DNA of 20,000 nt, from the sequence record DRR378314_1864; one strand, written 5' to 3'. Below, piece by piece: positions 1-9,390 of the stretch; position 1 is the stretch's first letter, and each line of letters starts with the position of its first letter. The position numbers were made by a program, and so were the translations under genes. Under the pieces are notes generated by a model. That model saw only the letters and a program-made list of their open reading frames with translations, was not told the DNA's origin and did not search any database.

Positions 1-686
1 TGTTTATTCTGCCAACCTTCAGCGTCGTAATATGCGGCCATACGAGGGAACCACTGTGCCATCTCATACAGGTAGTTCCCGTCGTCTTCAAAGTACTCAT
101 AACCGCCGCGACCACCAAGTACTTCAGCTTCGATAATATTGAACTGCCAGTTGATATTAAAAGTGACACTTTCGCCGCTTTTAAGGGGCTCATCCAGATC
201 CAGCCTTAGCATAGTGTCATTAACGTAATGTGCTAAAGGTTCACCATCTTCGTTACTGATTTCTGTAAGCTCATAACCGGCCGGAAACTCTTCCTGAGTG
301 AGCATGCTTTCCATTCTGGAAAAGCTAACTCGGTCTAAATCTCCGGAGGCTTGACTCTGCGGCCCAATGGAGTCTTTCTTAAAGCGGTTCTGGTCAAGTT
401 GAACCCATAAATAGCGCAAAGTATCGGGGGAGTTATTGGTGTACGTTATGGTGCTTTGTGCCGTAATACTCTGATTCTCATCGTCCAGAGCAACCTCAAT
501 TTTGTAGTCCGCTTCCTGTTGCCAGTAAGCATGTCCAGGAGCACCGGACGCCGTACGATAAATGTTCGGACTACGGAATTTATCATCGTTAAGCTGGCGG
601 AATTTATCTTCAAAAGCTTGAGCGGTTGCCGCCTGATTAACGGTTAAACAAACCGCTGCAGTGGCAATAAGATGATTGAGCTTCAT
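1..686 (-). CDS. M1-family (zinc) aminopeptidase, secreted; partial, continues past window start; absent from the ORF track
   Basis: Manual translation from ATG at 686: MKLNHLIATAAVCLTVNQAATAQAFEDKFRQLNDDKFRSPNIYRTASGAPGHAYWQQEADYKIEVALDDENQSITAQSTITYTNNSPDTLRYLWVQLDQNRF. It has a signal peptide and the 'PNxYRTASGAPGxxYWQQxADY...YxNNSPDxLxYLWxQLDQN' N-terminus typical of bacterial M1 aminopeptidases. The catalytic HExxH lies outside the window. Confidence 0.8.
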   Translation of the reverse strand, partial: MKLNHLIATAAVCLTVNQAATAQAFEDKFRQLNDDKFRSPNIYRTASGAPGHAYWQQEADYKIEVALDDENQSITAQSTITYTNNSPDTLRYLWVQLDQNRFKKDSIGPQSQASGDLDRVSFSRMESMLTQEEFPAGYELTEISNEDGEPLAHYVNDTMLRLDLDEPLKSGESVTFNINWQFNIIEAEVLGGRGGYEYFEDDGNYLYEMAQWFPRMAAYYDAEGWQNK

Positions 687-722
687 AGTGTTACCTATTG
701 TTATTATTTAATAGCGCTAATA

Positions 723-1163
723 TTAAAGGCATTTAGTGCACAAACCATGTGCTTCTATAGTTTGGCTCTGAACCTTAAACCCTTGATCTTCGGCTTGATG
801 TTTCAATTCGTCATAAACCCCTTCCGACTGAATTTCCTGAACATCGCCGCAGGAACTGCAGATTAACATTTGAACCGGATGTTGATGGTCGAAATGCGAG
901 CAAAGAACAAAACTATTCGACGAAGTGATTTTATGAACGAAGCCTTGTTCTTGTAAAAAGTCTAAAGCGCGGTAGATTGTCGGGGGTTTTGCATTGGGCA
1001 TGACTTCCCGCAGTTGATCAAGTAAATCATATGCGCCGACGGCTCCTGAATGCTCTGCGAGTATCGCGAAAACTTCGCGGCGGGCATTTGTCAGGCGGGC
1101 ACCACGTTGTTGGCAGAGTTTTTCAGCTTTTTGTATAAGTCGTTGTGCTTCTTGAGCTTTCAT
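723..1163 (-). CDS. zur: Zinc uptake regulator (Fur family)
   Basis: 'AEKLCQQRGARLT', 'GAYDLLDQLR', 'AKPPTIYRALDFL' and two CxxC motifs (CSSC, CTKC). It is divergent from dusA, as in the E. coli zur...dusA region. Confidence 0.9.
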   Translation of the reverse strand: MKAQEAQRLIQKAEKLCQQRGARLTNARREVFAILAEHSGAVGAYDLLDQLREVMPNAKPPTIYRALDFLQEQGFVHKITSSNSFVLCSHFDHQHPVQMLICSSCGDVQEIQSEGVYDELKHQAEDQGFKVQSQTIEAHGLCTKCL

Positions 1164-1311
1164 TATTGACTACAATTTATGACCATTTTAGTCATTGTAG
1201 AGAGTTTTAGGGGTAAGGAAAAGGGTTTTACGGAAGAGGCTGCTTACTGGTGTATTCTGAGTTAAAATAGTCTGCTAAATATACTGACTTTGTCGGTTAA
1301 CTTTTTACCGG

Positions 1312-2319
1312 GTGGATGTTTTGACCGAACCATATTCTTATAAGCTTTCTGTAGCCCCGATGCTGGACTGGACCGATCGCCATTGCCGGTATTTTCATCG
1401 TCTCCTGACCAGGAGTACCTTGCTTTATACCGAGATGGTAACGACAGGTGCGATTATTTTTGGTCAGCAGGATTTTCTGGCATTCAATGCAGAGGAACAT
1501 CCGGTTGCTTTGCAGCTGGGAGGTTCGGAGCCCGCGGCTATGGCCGAGTGCGCGCGTTTGGCACAAGAGCGGGGGTACGATGAGGTTAATATTAATGTCG
1601 GTTGCCCATCTGACCGAGTGCAAAATGGTAGCTTTGGCGCGTGCTTGATGGCTCAACCGGAAAAAGTTGCTGAATGCGTAAAGGCAATGAAAGCGGTAAC
1701 CGATATTCCGGTTACCGTAAAAACCCGTTTGGGCATTGATGAGCAGGATTCTGATGACTTTCTATATGAATTAACCGATGCCGTTGTTGCTGCTGGTGTT
1801 GATCAACTGACTTTGCATGCCCGTAAAGCCTGGCTGCAAGGCCTTAGCCCGAAAGAAAACCGGGATATTCCTGAATTGCAGTATGAACGGGTTTACCGGG
1901 CCCAAAAAAGATACCCTGATGTCCCCGTGGCGATTAACGGCGGAATTGTCGAATTGCATGAGGTTAAGCAGCATTTAAACCAGGTCCATGGGGTGATGAT
2001 TGGCCGGGCAGCCTACCAAAATCCCTGGTTACTTACTCAGCTTGATTCTTTGAGTGAAACGAAGCCGGCAGAGTTAACTCGTGAGGCTGTAGTTACCGCG
2101 ATGATACCTTATATAGACAACCATATTCGACAGGGCGGGCGCGCCTGGCATGTGGCCCGCCATATGCTGGGACTGTTTCAGGGAATGACCGGAGGTAAGC
2201 GGTGGCGCCAGTATCTTAGTGTGAAAGGCCCCAGAGCCACCAGCGCCGAACAACTGCTTTATGGTGCTCTGGCTTTTCGCGATGATCACAGTCAGCACGT
2301 ATCATCATTAACGTCATAA
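1312..2319 (+). CDS. dusA: tRNA-dihydrouridine(20/20a) synthase DusA
   Basis: 'SVAPMLDWTDRHCRYFHR', 'LLYTEMVTTGAI', 'NINVGCPSDRVQNG', 'HARKAWLQGLSPKENR'. The exact start (GTG 1312 vs TTG 1321) is uncertain. Confidence 0.95.
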   Translation: MDVLTEPYSYKLSVAPMLDWTDRHCRYFHRLLTRSTLLYTEMVTTGAIIFGQQDFLAFNAEEHPVALQLGGSEPAAMAECARLAQERGYDEVNINVGCPSDRVQNGSFGACLMAQPEKVAECVKAMKAVTDIPVTVKTRLGIDEQDSDDFLYELTDAVVAAGVDQLTLHARKAWLQGLSPKENRDIPELQYERVYRAQKRYPDVPVAINGGIVELHEVKQHLNQVHGVMIGRAAYQNPWLLTQLDSLSETKPAELTREAVVTAMIPYIDNHIRQGGRAWHVARHMLGLFQGMTGGKRWRQYLSVKGPRATSAEQLLYGALAFRDDHSQHVSSLTS

Positions 2320-2349
2320 ATTGACTAAAAGTTGGTGAAAAACACTAAC
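2313..2349 (+). promoter_or_regulatory. Two candidate enhancer (UAS) sites for a sigma54 activator, PspF-like
   Basis: Imperfect palindromes GTCATAAATTGAC (2313-2325) and GTTGGTGAAAAACACTAAC (2331-2349) lie about 75-110 bp upstream of the -24 element. They resemble the PspF UAS pattern (TAGTG...CACTAA). Confidence 0.55.
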
Positions 2350-2394
2350 CTGAGAAATCTTCTTTCTTTCAGTTAAAAATAAAAAGTGATTATA

Positions 2395-2407
2395 TAACAA
2401 ATGGTTA
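2395..2407 (+). promoter_or_regulatory. Candidate IHF site
   Basis: TAACAAATGGTTA matches WATCAANNNNTTR with one mismatch. It has an A-rich 5' flank and sits between the UAS and the sigma54 promoter. Confidence 0.5.
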
Positions 2408-2423
2408 GCAACATTTAAAAAGA

Positions 2424-2439
2424 TGGCACAACCTTTGAA
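2424..2439 (+). promoter_or_regulatory. sigma54 (-24/-12) promoter
   Basis: TGGCAC-AACCT-TTGAA vs consensus TGGCAC-N5-TTGCW. Spacing is correct, with a non-canonical -12 (GA); E. coli psp promoters also deviate from GC at -12. Confidence 0.65.
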
Positions 2440-2491
2440 TTACATAGTGTGACTTAACTAACGCACTGTCATTTATTCAAAGGAGAAAATC

Positions 2492-2749
2492 ATGAAAGCG
2501 TTAATCGTAAGTGTTGTCAGTGGTGTTATGTTGTTCAGTGCATCGGTCTCAGCTGCCGATGAGAATAGAGATTCTATCACTGCTGAGCTTCAAGCTCAGA
2601 TTGCTGAAATTTCTGAAGAAGCGATGCAAAATGTCAAACAGTCGGTTTCAGAGTCAATTGAAGAGTGGGTTATAGAGTTTTTGCCTGATTTAAAGCAAGC
2701 TGAAACTCAGATTGACCCTTCTGAACAAAAGAATAAGCAGTCTCAGTAA
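2492..2749 (+). CDS. Hypothetical small secreted/periplasmic acidic protein
   Basis: Strong RBS AAGGAG, Sec-type signal peptide MKALIVSVVSGVMLFSASVSA, and an acidic, helical-looking mature part. Confidence 0.8.
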   Translation: MKALIVSVVSGVMLFSASVSAADENRDSITAELQAQIAEISEEAMQNVKQSVSESIEEWVIEFLPDLKQAETQIDPSEQKNKQSQ

Positions 2750-2758
2750 GGGGCCCCC

Positions 2759-2869
2759 GTGATTTTATTAGATCAATGGTGGCTCATTTGGTTGGCGGCA
2801 CCGGTATTAGGAACCTTGATTGTCGGCGTTGTCATAAGTTTCAGCGTATCAGTAATGCGGCACAGCTAG
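2759..2869 (+). CDS. Unannotated 36-aa single-pass membrane peptide (MILLDQWWLIWLAAPVLGTLIVGVVISFSVSVMRHS)
   Basis: GTG start 9 nt after the upstream stop, preceded by SD-like TAAGGGG (2747-2753). It has one long hydrophobic stretch with Trp residues and a basic C-terminal end, ends at TAG 2867-2869, and fills the intergenic gap without overlap. Confidence 0.55.
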   Translation: MILLDQWWLIWLAAPVLGTLIVGVVISFSVSVMRHS

Positions 2870-2920
2870 ACTTTTGCTACTCTGCGTATATCTCGTATAA
2901 AAATAAAAAGAGGAATACGT

Positions 2921-4144
2921 ATGATGAAGTCTCTGATAGCCGCTTCTGTACTGGCCGTTATTACCGGTTGTGCAACAGCGGGGCAAGCTGCAACCAACGG
3001 TTCTGAACAAGCGGAATATACCGCTAGTGACAAAGCTGAAAAATTGGCGAAGCAGTATTTACTAATAGACACACATATTGATGTACCTTATCGAATTCAT
3101 GATAAGTGGGAAGATGTAACAGAGGCCACTGCAGAAGGGGATTTTGACTACCCGCGTGCAGTAGAAGGTGGCCTCGATGCCCCGTTTATGTCTATTTATA
3201 TTCCGGCCTCTTATGAAGAGAGTGGCGGCAGTGTTCAGTTGGCTCATGAGCTTATCGACGGTATGGAAGCGCTTGTCGGACGTGCACCAGATAAGTTCGC
3301 AATGGCTTATAGCACTGATGATATCCGCGAAAATAAAGAGCAAGGCTTGATGTCAATTGCTTTGGGCATGGAAAACGGCACTCCTATCGAAGGCGATCTT
3401 GACAACCTGCGTATGTTCTATGAGCGCGGTATTCGCTACATTACTCTGGCTCACTCATTATCTAATCACATTTCAGACTCTTCTTATGACATTCGCCGTC
3501 AATGGGATGGCTTAAGTCCATTTGGTAAAAAATTGGTCAAAGAAATGAATAAGGTCGGGGTTATGGTTGATGTGTCGCACATTTCCGATGAGGCATTTTA
3601 TCAGGCGGTTGAAATTAGTGACGCTCCGGTCATTGCGTCGCATTCGTCGCTGCGCTCTTACACTCCAGGTTTTGAACGTAATATGAGCGATGACATGCTA
3701 AAGGCCTTGGCGAAAAATGAGGGCGTTATCCAAATTAACTTTGGTTCGTCGTTTTTGGCTGAGCAGGCCAACCGTTACCGTGACATGATGAAAAAGCGGA
3801 TTACCGCAGTAAAAGAGCAATATGGCGAAGACAGCGACGAAGCGAAACGTCGCATTAAGGACATTGAAGCTAATAATCCGTACCCCTTTGCGACTGTAGA
3901 TACCGTTTTAGACCATATCGATCATGTACGTGATTTGATTGGGGTTGAACACATCGGTATTGGCTCCGACTACGATGGTGTTGGTGATTCCTTACCTGTT
4001 GGACTAAAAGACGTATCTAGCTATCCAAATCTTGTTCAGGGGTTGATGGACAGAGGGTACTCAGATAAAGAAATTGAAATGATTCTGGGTGGTAATTTAA
4101 TGCGTGTTTGGGAGCAGGTTGAAGACTACGCCAAAACACATTAA
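2921..4144 (+). CDS. Membrane dipeptidase (peptidase M19, amidohydrolase fold), lipoprotein
   Basis: Lipobox ITGC, 'LIDTHID', 'LGMENG', 'RGIRYITLAH', 'VMVDVSHISD', 'PVIASHS', 'HIGIGSDYDG'; RBS AGAGGA. Confidence 0.9.
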   Translation: MMKSLIAASVLAVITGCATAGQAATNGSEQAEYTASDKAEKLAKQYLLIDTHIDVPYRIHDKWEDVTEATAEGDFDYPRAVEGGLDAPFMSIYIPASYEESGGSVQLAHELIDGMEALVGRAPDKFAMAYSTDDIRENKEQGLMSIALGMENGTPIEGDLDNLRMFYERGIRYITLAHSLSNHISDSSYDIRRQWDGLSPFGKKLVKEMNKVGVMVDVSHISDEAFYQAVEISDAPVIASHSSLRSYTPGFERNMSDDMLKALAKNEGVIQINFGSSFLAEQANRYRDMMKKRITAVKEQYGEDSDEAKRRIKDIEANNPYPFATVDTVLDHIDHVRDLIGVEHIGIGSDYDGVGDSLPVGLKDVSSYPNLVQGLMDRGYSDKEIEMILGGNLMRVWEQVEDYAKTH

Positions 4145-4148
4145 GGCC

Positions 4149-4176
4149 TTGACACCAGGCCGTGAATCGGTATAAT
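4149..4176 (+). promoter_or_regulatory. sigma70 promoter of the S10 operon
   Basis: Perfect TTGACA (4149-4154), 16-bp spacer, TATAAT (4171-4176), followed by a GC-rich discriminator TCGCGGCC. Confidence 0.9.
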
Positions 4177-4182
4177 TCGCGG

Positions 4183-4664
<482 letters not shown>

Positions 4665-4702
4665 GTGGGCAGTAATAGGATTACACACGAGAGGTTTTAA
4701 CA

Positions 4703-5341
4703 ATGGCTATAGGTCTAGTCGGTCGTAAAGTAGGAATGACGCGTGTCTTCCAGGAAGACGGCGCTTCTGTTCCTGTTACTGTGATCGAAGTGCTGGCGAA
4801 CCGTGTGACTCAGGTTAAATCTGATGACACTGACGGTTACCGTGCCCTTCAAGTAACCACAGGCGAGAAGAAAGCGAGCCGTGTAACCAAGCCTTTAGCA
4901 GGTCACTTTGCTAAAGCTGGTACAGAGGCTGGTCGTGGTCTTTGGGAATTCCGCCTGCAAAATGGCGAAGGCGAAGATTACGCAGTAGGTTCTGAACTGA
5001 CTGTTGATATTTTTGCAGAAGTTAACAAAGTAGACGTTACTGGTACTTCAAAAGGTAAAGGCTTTGCCGGTACTGTGAAGCGCTGGAACTTCAGCATGCA
5101 GGACGCTACTCATGGTAACTCATTATCTCACCGTGCACCGGGTTCAATCGGTCAAAACCAGTCGCCTGGTAAAGTATTCAAAGGCAAGAAAATGGCTGGC
5201 CAGATGGGTAATGAGCAAGTCACTACGCAATCACTTGAATTAGTTCGGGTTGATGCAGAGCGCAGCTTGTTGTTGATCAAAGGTGCGGTCCCGGGTGCAA
5301 CCGGAAGTGATGTGATCGTTAAACCAGCGGTCAAGGCATAA
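4703..5341 (+). CDS. rplC: 50S ribosomal protein L3
   Basis: '[13 protein letters not shown]', '[21 protein letters not shown]'. Confidence 0.99.
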   Translation: MAIGLVGRKVGMTRVFQEDGASVPVTVIEVLANRVTQVKSDDTDGYRALQVTTGEKKASRVTKPLAGHFAKAGTEAGRGLWEFRLQNGEGEDYAVGSELTVDIFAEVNKVDVTGTSKGKGFAGTVKRWNFSMQDATHGNSLSHRAPGSIGQNQSPGKVFKGKKMAGQMGNEQVTTQSLELVRVDAERSLLLIKGAVPGATGSDVIVKPAVKA

Positions 5342-5359
5342 CGTCTGAGGAGAATAGTG

Positions 5360-5965
5360 ATGGAATTAACATTGAAAGACGCAAAAGGCGCTCTTGAGGT
5401 TTCCGAAGCTACCTTTGGACGTGAGTTTAATGAAGCCCTTGTCCATCAAGTAGTTGTAGCTTACGCTGCAGGTGCTCGTCAGGGCACAAAAGCTCAGAAA
5501 ACTCGTTCTGAAGTAGCCGGTGGTGGTAAGAAGCCTTGGCGTCAAAAAGGTACTGGTCGTGCCCGTGCAGGTACAATCCGTAGTCCTATCTGGCGTTCTG
5601 GTGGTGCGACTTTTGCAGCTAAACCGCAAAATCACAGCCAGAAAGTAAACAAAAAAATGTACCGCGGTGCGATTAAAAGCATTTTGTCGGAACTGATTCG
5701 TCAGGAACGTTTGATTGTTGTTGAGAAGTTTGGTGTTGATGAGCCAAAAACAAAGCAACTGGCAGCGAAACTGAAAGAAATGGATCTGAACGACGTTTTG
5801 ATCGTGACAAAAGAAGTTGATGAGAACCTGTTCTTAGCTTCTCGCAACTTGCATAAAGTCGACGTGCGCGATGTTCAGGGTATTGACCCTGTCAGTCTGA
5901 TTGCTTTCGAGAAAGTGCTGATGACTGCTGACGCCGTCAAGCAGCTTGAGGAGGTGTTATCATGA
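5360..5965 (+). CDS. rplD: 50S ribosomal protein L4
   Basis: '[14 protein letters not shown]'. ATG 5360 is preferred over GTG 5357 by SD (GAGGAG) spacing. Confidence 0.99.
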   Translation: MELTLKDAKGALEVSEATFGREFNEALVHQVVVAYAAGARQGTKAQKTRSEVAGGGKKPWRQKGTGRARAGTIRSPIWRSGGATFAAKPQNHSQKVNKKMYRGAIKSILSELIRQERLIVVEKFGVDEPKTKQLAAKLKEMDLNDVLIVTKEVDENLFLASRNLHKVDVRDVQGIDPVSLIAFEKVLMTADAVKQLEEVLS

Positions 5966-6264
5966 TGCGCGAAGAACGTTTGCTTAAAGTGATTTTAGCA
6001 CCTCACGTTTCGGAAAAATCGACTAACACTGCTGAAAATAACAACACGGTTGTTTTTAAAGTAGCTGTTGATGCGACTAAAACCGAAATCAAAGCGGCTG
6101 TCGAAAAATTGTTTGAAGTTGAAGTCAAAAACGTACGTACAGTCAACGTGAAGGGTAAAACCAAACGTACTGGTTCTCGTTTCGGGAAACGCAGTGACTG
6201 GAAAAAAGCGTATGTTGCCTTGAATGAAGGTGCTGACATTGACTTCTCAGGCGGCGCTGAGTAA
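5962..6264 (+). CDS. rplW: 50S ribosomal protein L23
   Basis: '[17 protein letters not shown]', 'SDWKKAYV'; ATGA overlap with rplD. Confidence 0.99.
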
Positions 6265-6278
6265 CAGGAGGAATAAAC

Positions 6279-7103
6279 ATGGCTGTAGTTAAAAGTAAGC
6301 CTACGTCTCCGGGTCAACGCCACGTCGTTAAAGTCGTCGGTCAGGACCTGTACAAAGGCAAGCCTTACGCACCATTGCTGGAAAAAAACAGCAAGTCTGG
6401 TGGTCGTAACAATAACGGTCGTATCACGGTTCGTCACATTGGCGGTGGTCATAAACACCACTACCGTGTAATCGACTTTAAACGTAATAAAGATGGTATC
6501 CCTGCAAAGGTTGAGCGTATTGAATACGATCCTAACCGTTCAGCGAATATCGCTTTAGTTTTGTATGCTGACGGTGAACGCCGTTACATTCTGGCTCCGA
6601 AAAACCTTTCAGTAGGCGATCGTATCCAGTCTGGTGTTGATGCACCAATAAAGCCTGGTAACAGCCTGCCAATGCGCAACATCCCTGTGGGTAGTGTTGT
6701 TCACGCGGTAGAGTTACAGCCAGGTAAAGGCGCACAGATGGCTCGTTCAGCGGGTGCTTATTGCCAGATTCTTGCTCGTGACGGTGCTTATGTTACTGTT
6801 CGTTTACGTTCAGGTGAGATGCGTCGCGTTCAGTCTGAAGGTCGTGCAACTATCGGTGAAGTAGGCAACGCAGAACACATGCTGCGTCAATTGGGTAAAG
6901 CCGGTGCAAACCGCTGGCGTGGTATTCGTCCGACCGTTCGCGGTGTGGCGATGAACCCAGTTGATCACCCTCACGGTGGTGGTGAAGGCCGTACCTCTGG
7001 TGGACGTCATCCTGTGACTCCATGGGGCACGCCGACCAAGGGCTACAAAACCCGTAAAAACAAGCGTACTGATAAGTTCATCGTACGCCGTCGCAACAAA
7101 TAA
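6279..7103 (+). CDS. rplB: 50S ribosomal protein L2
   Basis: 'GRNNNGRIT', '[17 protein letters not shown]'. Confidence 0.99.
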
Positions 7104-7119
7104 GAGTTGAGGATAAAAC

Positions 7120-7398
7120 ATGCCACGTTCTCTTAAAAAAGGTCCATTTATTGACCTTCACCTGCTAAATAAGGTGGAGAAAGCGTTGGAAGCCGGGGAA
7201 AAGAAGCCAATTAAAACTTGGTCCCGTCGTTCAATGATCATCCCAGATATGATCGGCCTGACAATCGCTGTTCACAACGGTCGTCAGCACGTTCCTGTCT
7301 ACGTGACAGATGAAATGATCGGTCATAAATTAGGCGAATTCGCGCCAACCCGTACTTATCGCGGCCATGCTGCTGATAAGAAAGCGAAGAAACGGTAA
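7120..7398 (+). CDS. rpsS: 30S ribosomal protein S19
   Basis: '[12 protein letters not shown]', '[12 protein letters not shown]'. Confidence 0.99.
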
Positions 7399-7411
7399 GA
7401 GGTAGAGAGTG

Positions 7412-7744
7412 ATGGAAGCAATTGCTAAACACCAATTTGCCCGCGTTTCAGCGCAGAAGGGCCGTTTGGTCGCAGACCAAATCCGTGGACTTCCGGTAGA
7501 AAAAGCACTGGATATCCTGGCATACAGCCCCAAAGCAGCTGCTGGCTTAATCAAGAAAGTTCTTGAGTCAGCAATCGCGAACGCGGAACATAACGAAGGT
7601 GCGGATATTGATGAACTTAAAGTGAGCCGAGTCTTTTTAGACGAAGGTCCTACTATGAAGCGCATCAAGCCACGGGCGAAAGGCCGTGCCGATCGTATCT
7701 TTAAGCGCACCAGCCACATTACTGTGGTCGTGTCAGATAGCTAG
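7412..7744 (+). CDS. rplV: 50S ribosomal protein L22
   Basis: '[14 protein letters not shown]', '[10 protein letters not shown]'. ATG at 7412 (in-frame GTG at 7409). Confidence 0.99.
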   Translation: MEAIAKHQFARVSAQKGRLVADQIRGLPVEKALDILAYSPKAAAGLIKKVLESAIANAEHNEGADIDELKVSRVFLDEGPTMKRIKPRAKGRADRIFKRTSHITVVVSDS

Positions 7745-7754
7745 GAGATAAATT

Positions 7755-8435
7755 ATGGGTCAGAAAGTACATCCTAATGGTATTCGCCTAGGTATCTCCA
7801 GACCATGGAATGCAACCTGGTATGCGAATACAAATGAGTTCGCTGATAACCTGCACAGTGATTTTCAGGTACGTAAGTTCCTGAACAAAGAACTGCGCAA
7901 TGCATCAGTCTCTCGTATCGTTATCGATCGTCCAGCTAAGAGCGTTCGTGTGACTATTCACACAGCACGTCCTGGCGTGGTTATCGGTAAGAAAGGCGAA
8001 GACGTAGAAAAGCTGCGTAAGCAAGTTTCTAAGTTGACAGGTGCTCCTGCGCAAATCAACATCTCAGAAGTTCGTAAGCCTGAGTTGGATTCGCAGTTGG
8101 TAGCTGACAATATTGCTGGTCAGTTGGAACGTCGTGTCATGTTCCGTCGTGCTATGAAACGTGCCGTACAAAACGCCATTCGCTTGGGTGCCAAAGGTAT
8201 CAAAGTTGAAGTGAGTGGTCGTTTAGGCGGCGCAGAGATTGCACGTACTGAGTGGTATCGTGAAGGCCGTGTACCGCTGCACACATTACGTGCAGACATC
8301 GACTACTCGACCTCAGAAGCGAACACCACTTACGGTATCATCGGTGTTAAGGTCTGGATTTTCCGTGGTGAAGTTCTTGGTGGACTTCCAACTGAAGAAA
8401 AGCCAGCTCCTAAGCGCGGCAAGAACCGTAAGTAA
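7755..8435 (+). CDS. rpsC: 30S ribosomal protein S3
   Basis: '[13 protein letters not shown]', '[14 protein letters not shown]'. Confidence 0.99.
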   Translation: MGQKVHPNGIRLGISRPWNATWYANTNEFADNLHSDFQVRKFLNKELRNASVSRIVIDRPAKSVRVTIHTARPGVVIGKKGEDVEKLRKQVSKLTGAPAQINISEVRKPELDSQLVADNIAGQLERRVMFRRAMKRAVQNAIRLGAKGIKVEVSGRLGGAEIARTEWYREGRVPLHTLRADIDYSTSEANTTYGIIGVKVWIFRGEVLGGLPTEEKPAPKRGKNRK

Positions 8436-8446
8436 GGAGAGACGAT

Positions 8447-8860
8447 ATGTTACAACCTAAGCGTACAAAATTCCGTAAGGTTCACACAGGCCGCAACCGT
8501 GGTCTGGCGCAGTCTGGTAACAAAGTCAGCTTCGGTACTTTTGGTTTAAAAGCTACTGACCGTGGTCGTATGACCGCGCGTCAAATCGAAGCAGGCCGTC
8601 GTGCAATGACTCGTCACGTTAAGCGTCAAGGTAAAATCTGGATCCGTGTATTTCCTGACAAGCCTATTACCAAAAAGCCTTTAGAAGTTCGTATGGGTAA
8701 AGGTAAAGGTAACGTCGAATACTGGGTTGCTCAGATTCAACCAGGTCGCGTTCTGTATGAAATGGACGGTGTTCCTGAAGAGTTGGCACGTGAAGCGTTC
8801 CGCCTGGCGGCACGTAAACTGCCTTTCAAAACCACTTTTGTGACTCGGACGGTAATGTGA
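8447..8860 (+). CDS. rplP: 50S ribosomal protein L16
   Basis: '[11 protein letters not shown]', 'EVRMGKGKG'. Confidence 0.99.
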   Translation: MLQPKRTKFRKVHTGRNRGLAQSGNKVSFGTFGLKATDRGRMTARQIEAGRRAMTRHVKRQGKIWIRVFPDKPITKKPLEVRMGKGKGNVEYWVAQIQPGRVLYEMDGVPEELAREAFRLAARKLPFKTTFVTRTVM

Positions 8861-9051
8861 TGAAAGCAAGTGAACTGAAAGATAAAACCGTTGAGCAGCT
8901 GCAAGAAGAGTTGTTAGGCTTGCGTCGTGAGCAGTTTAATCTGCGCATGCAGGCAGCAACTGGTCAGCTGAATCAGACTCACATGATGAAACAAGTGCGT
9001 CGTGATATCGCACGTGTTAAAACCATCTTAAATGAGAAGGCAGGTGCGTAA
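8860..9051 (+). CDS. rpmC: 50S ribosomal protein L29
   Basis: '[11 protein letters not shown]', '[10 protein letters not shown]'; TGATG coupling with rplP. Confidence 0.99.
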
Positions 9052-9314
9052 TGACTGACGAAAAACGTGTTCGTACTCTGCAAGGCAAAGTTGTCAGCGA
9101 TAAGATGGATAAAACCATCACTGTAGCTGTTGAACGTCGTGTAAAGCACCCGGTATACGGGAAGTACATCACGCGTACAACTAAAGTACATGCGCATGAC
9201 GAAGAAAACCAGGTTAAAGCTGGCGATACCGTGATTGTTCGCGAATGTCGTCCGCTGTCTAAGAATAAATCTTGGACTCTGGAAGAAATCGTTGATCGCG
9301 CGACTGTTGTCTAG
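9051..9314 (+). CDS. rpsQ: 30S ribosomal protein S17
   Basis: '[16 protein letters not shown]', 'ECRPLSK'; TAATG coupling. Confidence 0.99.
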
Positions 9315-9341
9315 ACGCAGATAGCGAAAAGAAATTAAAAG

Positions 9342-9367
9342 GCCTCCCTTGCGGAGGCTTTTTTTTT
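9342..9367 (+). terminator. Rho-independent terminator of the S10 operon
   Basis: GCCTCC-CTTGC-GGAGGC stem-loop followed by 9 T. Confidence 0.9.
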
Positions 9368-9370
9368 GAT

Positions 9371-9390
9371 CTAAACCTTAATAGGTTTAG
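9371..9390. promoter_or_regulatory. Palindrome, candidate operator upstream of the OMP gene
   Basis: CTAAACCT-TAAT-AGGTTTAG, perfect 8-bp arms. Confidence 0.45.

Noticed and set aside
1312-1420. dusA 5' end as a known genomic-island integration hotspot (dusA-associated integrases)
   Set aside because: dusA is intact and directly flanked by zur; no integrase or duplicated dusA fragment is visible.
456-1974. Short ORFs overlapping the aminopeptidase, zur and dusA
   Set aside because: They are antisense or alternate-frame shadows of well-supported genes, with no recognisable motifs.
2776-3006. 76-aa + strand ORF in the track
   Set aside because: It overlaps the dipeptidase start in another frame, has no clear SD and an unnatural Cys/Arg-rich sequence. 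The 36-aa ORF at 2759-2869 explains the region better.
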